A stretch of 64,000 nucleotides of DNA from Octopus sinensis. Taxonomy: Eukaryota. The notes beneath the pieces were generated by a model. The model saw only the letters and a list, made by a program, of their open reading frames with translations, was not told the DNA's origin and made no database searches. Of the stretch, positions 51,886 to 64,000 are shown one piece after another. The DNA lies in assembly GCF_006345805.1 (NCBI RefSeq), contig NC_043003.1:37076001-37140000 (forward strand), read 5' to 3'. The position numbers were made by a program, and so were the translations under genes. Each line of letters starts with the position of its first letter. Positions within the stretch are counted from its first letter, which is position 1.

Positions 51886-52758
51886 TAGATACCCTTTATC
51901 TGGCTAGGACGGCAGTATCTTACAAGTACCTTTACTTATCGCTCAGTTATGTATATCTGTTCACATACCTTGCAACAGAAGCCATACAATAAGAACGTTA
52001 GTAAAAAACGACAGAGACTCATAACATCAATATGTTATGTAGCATTTATTTTGACGGTTTTTTCCTATTGCTGAATCTAGAAGAATGGGCAGTATGCATA
52101 GTCTTCGTACTCACAACCCACCACCTTTAGGCCGGTAACACTGGCAGTGTTAATGTCCCCGTAGCGGAGAGATTGATGCAGTTAACATTAATGTTCTTTT
52201 GCATTAACGTGCTCAAAATTGCCAATATCGATTATGCTTTTTTTTTTTTCTCTGGAATTGATAAAATAATAAATTAGTACAAGTCAAGAATATGAGTTAA
52301 TTTAATCAACTATAATCATACTTTAATATATGTGAGATCTTATCGTTTCTCGGTCTTTTAGCTTAGATCAAAGAATAATAAATAGGAGTTCTAAATCTTA
52401 GGAATCTAGTTGAAGGTTTGTGTTAGCGAAGTTAGTCTAAAGATACAAATTATGTTTAAAATAAGCAATAAACAAAGATGGAGTATAAGGTTTGTGGGAA
52501 AAGAAAAAACAAGCACCAATGCATTTAAGATATGTAATCTAGCGTTAAAGTTACAAATCCATGCATATATTAATGTTCCTCTATGTCTTGATAGAGAAAC
52601 CGTCAACACTGTTTTTCTTATATATTTTTCTCTATGTTTGATAAAATAAATTGAAATAAAACTATCAAAACTGTCGTCATTATGAATTTCACAATGTACT
52701 TGTTCTTCTAACGTTATCTAAACAACGACATCACGTGTCAATATCTCATTGCTGTTTA

Positions 52759-53160
52759 AGGCGGCGATCTGACAGAATTGTTAGCACGCCGGACAAAATG
52801 CTTAGCGGTATTTCGTCTGCCGCTACGTTCTGAGTTCAAATTCCGCCGAGGTCGACTTTGCCCTTCATCCTTTTGGGGTCGATTAAATAAGTACCAGTTA
52901 CGCACTGGGGTTGATGTAATAGACTTAACACCTATGTCTGTCCTTGTTTGTCCCCTCTATGTTTAGGCCCTTGTGGGTAATAAAGAAATAGGTATTTCTT
53001 CCGACTTAGAGTTCTGAGTTCAAATTCCGCCGAGGTCGACTTTATCTTTCATCCTTTCGGGGTCGATAAATTAAGTATCCGATGAGCGCTGAGGTCGATA
53101 TAATCTACTATCCCTAACCCTCAAAATTTCAGGCGTTGTGCCCAAAAGTAGAAAAGAATA
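52759..53160 (+). mobile_element. SINE family A dimer
   Basis: Head GGCGGCGATCTGACAGAA; junction AAAGAAATAG|GTATTTC at ~52991. Confidence 0.88.
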
Positions 53161-55046
53161 TGATGTCATTGTTGTTTAATTCCAAGTGAAAGTCTATATT
53201 TAATGAAAGTCTATATTTACGGAGAGAAAATGCTTTCAAAATATTCGACAGTTCCATTGAAATGAACTACGTAACAATGAAATAAAGTTTACACAAATTT
53301 CAATGAACTTTGTAGCTGTTGGTCTATAATGCGAATCTAGGCTGCTTTTCTGTTGGTATTTTCTTCCAACCATTATAAGATACAGTAAAGTGGTCGAATG
53401 GCAGGGCGTTAGAGTGTTGGATATAATGCGTTGAGATATGTCTTCAGTTGGTTTATATTCTGATTTCAAATAACACCGACTTCAAATTTACCTTTCATTC
53501 TTCCGGAGTCAATAATATAAGGTACCATCCCAGCAGTCGTACAGCCTTCTCTCTTCTTCTAGCTTCCACATCCTTAATATTCCACTGAATCAAACTAGTA
53601 GGGAAAGCCCGGGAGGGTGTCACTGTTTGTATGCAACTACGTTGGGCAAATAAAACAACTTACTTAAAGCATGATGCATTCTACAAAGTCGTACATAATC
53701 GCGTGAATGATGGCCTTCGTTATAAGATCAAGTATTATTCTCGCCAAATGCACTACTCTTTTCCTGTTGATACAGCAAATATAGAAACAAACAACAACGT
53801 ATTGATGAGGGATGTAAGTAGATCACGTGTACAATGGTTACCTATCTACTATCTGTTCTGTCTCCCACATTGAGATATTACCAGCGGAAAGGAAATGAAA
53901 TGGTTTCAACTAAGAACATCGTTGAAAAACGATAGTAAGAAATAATAAGAAAAAAGGATAAACGTGTTCTTTCTTTACATTTGTATCAAGTAAAAGTATT
54001 TTTTCGTCTATTATCTATATAAAAAAAGTCTACAATGTAAAGCATGGAGTAAAGGTTCGATATAAATAAAAGGTAGACCTCATTCTTGGTTAATAATTCA
54101 AACTTCGAAGCTGTCTGCCCTCATTTCCCACAATAAACATTCTATTAAGCAATGAAGAGGTTGACTAGGAACTTGAATAATTCTAGAATACAACAGATGT
54201 TGATTTCATCCAATTTTAATGGATTTTGCCTGTGATTTCATCCAATTTTAATGGGTTTTGCCTGTGAAAAACATTTAAATGTTGATAAATACGTTCAGCT
54301 TGGTATATGAAGGTCTCTCTGATTACACCTTTGTATCACTTTCTTTCCTTTCTCATTATGTTCTTGCACAATTTAACTTTAACTTATATTCACCAATTGT
54401 ACATGAGCACATGAGCTTTACCTATGAGATATATTAATGATATCGAAACATGCATCTGTGGATATCGAAAAAGAAGCAAAAAATAGAGCAGAACATTTGT
54501 TTTAACCCCATGTTTTACATTGAATAAATATTACTAACAGATGATAGGAGAAAATATCACTTTCGTAAATTCGATTCAGAATATCAAACTTTAACTGGAA
54601 TCAAAATATCACACAATGCTTTCTATGAAACAATAATAGCTTCACCATCGGAACGTAAAATATAAACTGTTCTACTACACAATGGAAAGAGGTAGATATG
54701 TCATGAGAGTGATAAAATAATACAAAATGAACGACAGACAAGCAAAGCTCTTAACCACCCAGCACGCTCGTAGCTGCACATACACACACACACATACATA
54801 CATACATACATACATACATACATACATACATACATACACACACGCATACACACACCCTGCGATGGGACACCAAACAATGGTGAAACACACGTAGGAACTT
54901 TAGTATAAACTTGTGTTTATCCTTATTTCTCCGACGTTTGCTCTGTATCTCATAACTAGTATTTTTACTCAGTATACAAGTTGCTCAGACTAGTTTATTA
55001 GAATTCATGTAGACCTCTAACAAAACTGTAGCAGCCTCACATTCTA

Positions 55047-55602
55047 TTGGGTTGTTTGGAAAGTTCGTGCCGATTTTTAAAGGAAAGAAAAACGTTAATA
55101 AATACTTGCCATTACATTTTTATATGAACCATTTTGTTGCACAATGCGTCTCATTCTTTCCTTTAACTTGAAAATACCCTCTTCTCAGATTTGAGGTGGT
55201 TTCATGGCCAAGAGTTCATGAAGGTAGCTTTTTACGTCATCCAAGAAATTGAAATTTTTACCATTAAGACTATTCTGCAAAGACCTGAATAAGTGGAAAT
55301 CCGAAGGAGCAACATCTGGTGAATATAGAGGGTGGGGTAACACATCCCAGCTGAGCTGCAGCAATTTTTGTCTGGTTCTCAAAGCATTAAGTTCCGAAAA
55401 TGAACTTTCTTATCTTCTAGTTTAAAGGATTACAGAATTAACAAAGGTTATAGGAACATAAACCTTCTTCCACGAAAAGATAGCTTAAACTGTGCTTTAA
55501 ATGGAGGTGTAGTCAAATCCTATTTCATGGATTCAACCATGTTCTAAAATAAATCGAAAGGTAAGCTACTATAAATCGACACGAACTTTCCGGACAACCC
55601 AA
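55047..55602 (-). mobile_element. Internally deleted mariner element
   Basis: TA|TTGGGTTGTTTGGAAAGTTCGTGCCGATTT ... AAATCGACACGAACTTTCCGGACAACCCAA|TA. C-terminal transposase LPHPLYSPDVAPSDFHLFRSL at 55185-55382. Confidence 0.93.
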
Positions 55603-55688
55603 TACTTACACACACACACACACTATCTATCTATCTATATATATATATATATCTACTATCTATCTAGCTAGCTAGCTAGCTAGCTAGC

Positions 55689-55774
<86 letters not shown>

Positions 55775-56455
55775 TGGTGAGTTTCTGTATAGTTTCCATT
55801 TACCAAATTTCTCACACAGTAGTTCAAATTATGCAGACTTCGTCTGTATCTTTTACTATAAACAACTTTTGAATGTCTATCACTGATGGGACCTAGTTAC
55901 GAAGTGGAATAATTCTACAGCGCAACAGTTAGTGGTTTCAAACATAACATACACAACTTCGCGTATTTGCATGAATCCCTTGTAAAATAACAGAAAAGTA
56001 TTTAAACACTTCCGACTTGTTGGACAAAAGACATCTCTGATCTCACCTCTTTTCCATTTCATTTTTACTATACGTCTATATATTTATAGATGATTCTGTA
56101 AAAAAAAAAAACATGACAATTCACTAATTGTCCCTAAGATTAATCAATGAAATATAAGGCTATCAACGCGTGTGTCAACAAATGATAGCGGAGAAAAATA
56201 AAAGCAAAGTCCAGGACTATAAAATACAATACTTAACTTTTAACTAGAATATTTAATGTATGCTTAACATCGAAGGTTAATTCATATGATGGATAAAGGT
56301 TAAATAAAAAATGCATTTTCCCAAACACTTTACAGAATACTAATCTTTAACTGGATTCGAACTTTCACACCGTACTTTACATAAAACAATAAATAATTAC
56401 TGCTATCCTGAAAAAGCAAAGTATAAAAAAAAGCATAAGCTATTCCATTAAGCAG

Positions 56456-56721
56456 TTGGAAGAGGATGATGATATGTCATGCGAAGGATACAAAATTGCT
56501 ATGATTTTTTTTTCTTTACTTGTCTTCTTATTGTTTGTGTTTCGTTTGTTTTATTGTATTTTCAAAAAAAAAAGGAAGAAAAGGAAACAAAGCAACGTGT
56601 ATCGAGCGTCCTTTCGTAGTCGTCGTCATCATCTCCTTCCATCTCCAGTCAGGACACAAAATGTCCAATGCATGGTATTATGCATGGTGTTACGCTCTAT
56701 GAATCGATTACAGAACTGTAA
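56456..56721 (+). other. Candidate host exon encoding a transmembrane segment and short cytoplasmic tail (disrupted as assembled)
   Basis: NAGNAG acceptor, LEEDDDMSCEGYKIAMIFF, a hydrophobic stretch, a Lys-rich stop-transfer segment, and in another frame a Ser run plus QDTKCPMHGIMHGVTLYESITEL*. Needs a homopolymer indel and one TAG to be repaired. Confidence 0.3.
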
Positions 56722-57316
56722 TTATGAACCGAATCTAAAACTAAAAACTACACAACAAATCACTAAAACAAACTAAACTGATAATCTGCATCACTCAGCT
56801 AATCACTATTGAGTATGTTTATTTTTTATTTATATTTATATTTTTTCTTAATACTTCTCTACATTTTAATATATTCTTTACCTGTTTTTCTTTTTCTTTT
56901 TTCTAGCCATATTAGGAGCATTCACACGTTTGCAAAATTACGCATGCACTGACACTTTTATTTAATTTTTTTTTTATTTCTTTTTGTTCCCTCTTTCATA
57001 GATTTATGCTTCGAACTAAACATCCTGTGGCTAGGGCTATTTATTCCCTTACGGATTTACTGCGTAATAGCTTCTACATGGATAATTCCTGGCCGTATAA
57101 AACCAAATATGAACAAGACTATCGATCAAACAGGATTCACACCTCTTCTTCTCCGTAGTTTTTTCTTTGTTTCTTTTTTGTTTGTTTTTGTAATGCCTTA
57201 ACTCTTTACATTGAGAGCAGTTTTCCGAAGATACCTTAACGTATGAGGCCTGAGGAACAGAGGGTTTATAAATGTTATTATAATCAAACTATTACTACTA
57301 CGACTACTACTACTAC

Positions 57317-57362
<46 letters not shown>

Positions 57363-57369
57363 CAAAAAC

Positions 57370-57730
57370 AACCCTTTCTTTATTAGTCACAAGAGGCTAC
57401 AGATACGAAACATGTCGTACAAATGCGTTACAAAAAGATGTGGAACTGTACACACATATACACGGCGTGGCGTGACCAAGCAATGCAATATAATAAAGGC
57501 AGGTCAAACACTTGGTGCACAAAACAAATGCAAATAAGGGCACACCACAAGCACGGAGCGGAGAAACTTCTCATAAGTAGGGTCACGGTACAGCAGGACG
57601 CTGAAAACCTTCGGCTCCGATTGTGTTTTACAATCTATTGGCCTCGTGCGTGCCCATGAGCATATTCAGTCTTAACCGATTCGTCAAGAGCTCCAGGTAC
57701 TCTAGAGGATCTTGATCCTTAAGCTGTCAA
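57370..57730 (-). mobile_element. Probable 3' end or UTR of a Tx1/L1-like LINE
   Basis: Minus strand ends TGTAGCCTCTTGTGACTAATAAAGAAA, similar to the 8691-8744 end and to the SINE A tail; abuts (AAT)n. Confidence 0.55.
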
Positions 57731-57821
57731 TAAACCACTCTTTTACTCTTTGTTTGTATATATATGTATATATATATATGTATAATGTATATATATATGT
57801 ATATATGTATATATATATGTA

Positions 57822-57904
<83 letters not shown>

Positions 57905-57906
<2 letters not shown>

Positions 57907-58273
57907 CAATTAAGGACAACTACTTAATAAGGAAAACTTAACAAGAAATTGTCAGGTAGATAGCGTAAAAACCTCATAAGAGAAAAAATTTCGAAAATAA
58001 TTATTTCTTATTGAACATATTAATTTATATATAGAGGGCATTATACATACATGCCAGAAGGCATTATACATACATGCCAAACGCATTCAGGCCTGCTGAT
58101 GAGTACGTAAGTATGAAATCACTGTGATACAGGTCTATATTTTTTTAAATGTCTTACTTTGAAAAATTGCATTCGGTGGGATTAGTAATATTTTTGGTAG
58201 AAATGACTAATTGTCCCTCTTAGCGTTTGGCATGTATGTATAATGCCTTCTGGCATGTATGTATAATGCCCTC

Positions 58274-58280
<7 letters not shown>
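57905..58280 (+). mobile_element. PLE pLTR-like unit with an inverted upstream copy, carrying a hammerhead
   Basis: 57905-58085 is the reverse complement of the 9530-9716 repeat; the forward copy resumes at ~58210; (TA)n on both sides. Confidence 0.75.
58089..58136 (+). ncRNA. Type I hammerhead ribozyme (near canonical)
   Basis: Stem I AGGCCTG/CAGGTCT. CTGATGA at 58096-58102. Stem II GTAC(gtaa)GTAT with G10.1-U11.1 in place of G-C. GAAA. Near-palindromic stem III ATCA(ctg)TGAT. AUA triplet with predicted cleavage after 58129. Confidence 0.78.
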
Positions 58281-58325
<45 letters not shown>

Positions 58326-58478
58326 AGAGTTTACGAAAAAAACAAAAAAGACGAAGACAGGTGGTATACAAAACAAACTGATGTATTAGTATAACGCTCA
58401 GAAATAGAAAAAGTATTTTACTTTTCGAGCCTACGCTCTTCTACAGAAAGGTACACAGAAAAAAAAACAGGAAACTCA

Positions 58479-58785
58479 TTGAGGATAAGTGAGATACTAA
58501 ATGAGCAATTCAAAAGTATTTTCACTCCACCTCTAGGACACTTGCCAGTCAGCAATCCAACTGACTTTTTTACCACTGCAGGTATAAAAACAGAGGTAGT
58601 GATGATCGATTACATCAATATAAAGGAAGACGATGTAATATGGACTATAGATGAAATGAACCCAAACTCAGCTACTGGTCCTGATGGATTCCCAGCAATC
58701 CTAAAAGTCTGTAAACGAGTCCTAGCCAGACTACAGCACTCCCTCTTTCAGAGCTTCCTTGCAACTGGCAAACTTCCAAGAAAAC
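58479..58785 (+). mobile_element. CR1/L2-like LINE ORF2 fragment (pre-RT region)
   Basis: ISEILNEQFKSIFT..IDEMNPNSATGPDGFPAILKVC..LFQSFLATGKLP. Confidence 0.85.
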
Positions 58786-58786
58786 T

Positions 58787-58848
58787 TGTGAGTGGATTTA
58801 GTAGACGGAAACTGAAAGACGCCCGTTGTATATATGTATATGTATATA

Positions 58849-58912
<64 letters not shown>

Positions 58913-59097
58913 TGTGTGTGTGTGTCCCAGCATCACTTGACAACCGATGCTGGTGAGTTTACGTCCCCGTAACTTAGCGGTTCGGCAAAAGAGACCGATA
59001 GAATAAGCTCTGGGGGGGTCGATTTGCTCGACTATAAAGGCGGTGCTCCAGCATGGCCGCAGTCAAATAACTGAAGCAAGTAAAAGAGTAAAAGAGT
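58787..59097 (+). mobile_element. SINE family B, 3' part
   Basis: TTGTGAGTGGATTTAGTAGACGGAAACTGAAAGA..TA/TG microsatellite..GGCGGTGCTCCAGCATGGCCGCAGTC..(GTAAAAGA)2. Confidence 0.85.
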
Positions 59098-59175
59098 ATA
59101 TGTTGTGAGTTTGCTACCCAGGTATCGGTTATCTTTCGAATTATCCGTAATAAGATAATTCATTTGTCTACATAA

Positions 59176-59276
<101 letters not shown>

Positions 59277-59284
59277 AGCATTGT

Positions 59285-60424
59285 TATACACGGTGGATTA
59301 TGGAAAAGGCAAGAGAATACCAAAAGAAGCTGTACATGTGTTTCATCGATTACTCCAAAGCCTTTGACAGCATTGATCATGAAAAGTTATGGAAATGTCT
59401 GAAGGAAATGGGAACACCTTTACACCTTGTCCAGTTTATTAGATCACTCTATCAAAACCAAGAAGCTACAGTACGGACACCATATGGCGACACTGATTGG
59501 TTTGAGATTGGAAAAGGCACTCGGCAAGGTTGCATCCCGTCACCAGCAGCCTTCAACATGTACGCTGAAAAGGTCATGAGGAACGCAGGCCTGGAGGATA
59601 GCAGCATTGGAGTGAGGATTGGAGGAAGAAATATTAATAACCTTTGCTATACAGATGATACAACCCTGCTGGCAGAGAGTGGTAAGGATCTGGAGGATCT
59701 TGTCCTGCTGGTCAAGAAAGAGAGTGAGAAATTTGGGCTGTACCTCAATGTCAAGAAAATGAAGATCATGTCAACAGCAGCCACAACAAACATCAGCATC
59801 AAGATCGATAATGAAGAGATCGAAGTGGTTGATGATTTCATCTTCCTTGGCTCCAAAATAAATCGAGATGGTGACTGCACTCCAGAAATAAGACGGCGGA
59901 TAGTACTAGGCAGAGAGGCAATGGTCAGCATGAGCAGAGTCCGGAAGAGCAGAGACATCAGACTCACTACCAAATGCAGATTGGTGAATGCAATTGTCTT
60001 CCCAATAGCAAAATATGGATGCGAGACCTGGACACTAAAGAAAGCTGACCAGAAGAGAATTAATGCATTCGAGCTTTGGTCTTGAAGAAGACTTTTACGG
60101 ATTCCATGGACAGCAAGGCTCACCAAGGGAGAAGTTCTTAAGCAGATAAGGCCGAAAATGTCGCTAGAAGCTTGGATCACCAAGCATAGATTGGAATATT
60201 TCGGTCATATTATGCGGAGAAAATCCCTGGAGAAGGACATCATGCTCGGAATGGTCAGTGGCAAGAGAGGAAGAGGCCGACCAAGAACCCGCTGGCTTGA
60301 CACCATCAAGAGTGATACCGGAATGGACATAGCCAACCTGAAAGAAGCGGCCCAGGATAGAACTGACTGAAGGACACTGATCAAATGAGTGACCGAGAGT
60401 CGACTTCGACTGAGCGGATAGAGA
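59285..60424 (+). mobile_element. RTE-clade (BovB-like) LINE, 5'-truncated, recent
   Basis: [53 protein letters not shown] single frame with one stop at 60083-60085; short 3' UTR. Confidence 0.96.
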
Positions 60425-60835
60425 GTTGTACACGTGTGCATTTTGATCGAAAGTCTCTTCATTTGCAGATAAATTATCGATTCTGATCGAAATTGCAGTA
60501 ACGATCCTATCTATAGTGAATTTTGGGTGACTGGACGATACATTGATATATGAAATTGATTTGTTTGGCTTATGAAATGGGTAGTATAAACCCGTATCCA
60601 AACACAATGTAACGTCCAGGAAATTCCCCACTCTTGAGTTGACATAAAAGATAATGTTAAGATTTTAAAAATTCTTTAATAAACCTCTCAGGGATTTCCT
60701 CAATCCATTTAATGCAGTTTTAGACTGGGTGCGTATAGCTAGAATTGCATCATTCCTATAGAGTCCCCAGGTGAGAAGACGAAAACTATCCTTAATCATT
60801 AGATAAATTCACAGACAAATTAGCATTTGGGGCGA
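60425..60835 (-). mobile_element. Penelope-like reverse transcriptase fragment
   Basis: GLYRND (YRDD-like) and NFLDVTLCLDTGLYYPFHKPN..YINVSSSHP..ISIRIDNLSANEETF. Confidence 0.85.
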
Positions 60836-61146
60836 CTGTACGTAGCTACCTGACCACAGTCGACGCTATGGCATTGGTGTCAATATTACAGATTGCTTGG
60901 CTTGGCTTGGCTTGGCAGCCTATGCGAATATTCCATTTACTTCGAATATATTTTTATAGCAAAAAATTAATTTAAGATTAGAGATTTGTATGTAAGTCTT
61001 CATTGGATCTAATCCTGAACGTATTTTCAAAAAGTATCAAAGTTTAGAAATTAAAAATAAATAATTTTGAAGTCCAAAAATATTAAGTTGCTAAATATTT
61101 ATGCTTACAACATACTAATTTGTCTGTGATTTTATTTAATGATTCC

Positions 61147-62835
<1,689 letters not shown>

Positions 62836-62839
62836 ATGA

Positions 62840-64000
62840 GCGCAGCTTTACTGGGGCAGGGTCTTGCACAGACATTGTATGTCAGTGTCATAGGAAGACC
62901 CTTACCGTCGGGAAGTGCAACAGGGATGCCCTTCCTGACATCGCTCCTTACTTTCTCATGCGCAAAGCGAGATTTCTCAAAAGTAGCTGTCGCCTCATGC
63001 ACAATTCTTAACCAAGGTATCCCTAAACCTCCCTTTAAAGTCTTTTGACAGCAGGCAGAGCGTTTCACAAGTGGCGACTTGCCCTTCCACAAAAAGCTAA
63101 AGAACTGTCTCTTTAACCTGATCAACCACGAATCTAATACATGTTCTGTTTGAATTAACAGGTGTACCGTGTGGCCGGTCCAATTTGCCTTTTGTGAAAC
63201 GTTAGCATGAAGTATTATCTCATCTACTCTATCTGCCAGGACTGCCGCCATCAAACACATAGGGTCGACTTGAGGTGGGACCTTTGGTATTCGTATTTTG
63301 GATGTCCTCATACCCATGTATATTGGTATTAAAATCACATCTTCAGTTTCCAAAGATTTTACCGAGTGTAATTGTGCAGTTTCAATGTTTTTAGGTGTAC
63401 CTCGATGGTACCGAATTTTTTCCCTCTGGCTAGATATCTTATATCCTGCCAGTTGGGCTTTAGACATTTTTCTACCTTCTCCTCGCTTACTCGCTTGATT
63501 TTTCTTTGTTTTCGGCAGTATGTTTTAAACATAATTGTTTTTTTTCTTCTCTGTCAATAAAAGGTCTTCTGTGGGTTGAACCTTGAACCTTGACAACGCC
63601 GTCTTGAATTTTTATCATGTCCTTGTACATTAAAACGTCACTTTTCTTCGTCGACAGTTGGCGAGTTCTGTCTCCAGCTGCAGACGCAAAACTTCTTTCC
63701 TGTTTACCCTCCTCCGTTTGAAGTCCTTTAACTTTGATGCTCTTCCCTGCAACGTCAATCCTCGACAGTGGTGGGAATTCGCTCTCAGACGAATCCGTAA
63801 CATCTTCCAACAATGCTCTTTCCACTTTTCTGGCCTCCAAATCTTTCGAATCCTCGTCATATAAATACACACTTTTTGGCATCCTGTCAGTAATTAGTGT
63901 TTCCCCTACAGGGGAAAACACACCAGAGATTGCAAGCAAAAACTATTATACAAATTTTAACAGCAATTAAAACAGGCAGCAACACGGAAACAATCAACAG
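62840..64000 (-). mobile_element. Tx1/L1-clade LINE derivative, ORF1 N-half joined to the post-RT part of ORF2
   Basis: ORF1 MPKSVYL..; ETEDVILIPIYMGMRTSKIRIPKVPP; then in the same frame FFSFLWKGKSPLVKRSACC..GGLGIPWL. The 5' end runs beyond the window. Confidence 0.85.

Noticed and set aside
58405-58450. Hammerhead-like TAGAAGAG-CGTAGG-CTC-GAAA on the minus strand
   Set aside because: C3 and U4 are not conserved and no stem I can form; at best a decayed motif in a repeat.
59647-60183. 178-aa minus-strand ORF
   Set aside because: Antisense to the RTE reverse transcriptase.

Overview
AT-rich, microsatellite-dense eukaryotic DNA made almost entirely of transposable elements. The SINE families, the (TAA)n-associated R4/Dong-like LINEs and the microsatellite load suggest a coleoid cephalopod, most likely Octopus (inference from repeat content). 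I found no intact host gene, rRNA, tRNA or CRISPR array. Most ORFs in the supplied track are microsatellite or antisense artefacts. Supported content: a bounded but decayed hAT transposon; two mariner derivatives; several Helitron derivatives, including a near-identical 1.62-kb head-to-tail pair; at least three tRNA-derived SINE families; R4/Dong, RTE and CR1-like LINE fragments; and Tx1/L1-like LINE derivatives that keep ORF1 but have lost most of ORF2. There are also many Penelope-like (PLE) fragments. The most interesting signal is four type I hammerhead ribozyme motifs. One (14437-14509) has a fully canonical core and lies in a non-coding ~404-bp unit in partial tandem, a retrozyme-like or pLTR-like arrangement. 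Two others sit at the centre of inverted repeats. Also notable: the most common SINE shares its 3' tail with the Tx1-like LINE 3' ends and recurs as multimers with an identical junction; two ORF1 elements form a tail-to-tail foldback; and a few degenerate candidate host exons are present. Element boundaries were read by eye and are approximate unless TSDs or TIRs are quoted. Homopolymer indels suggest an imperfectly polished long-read assembly.
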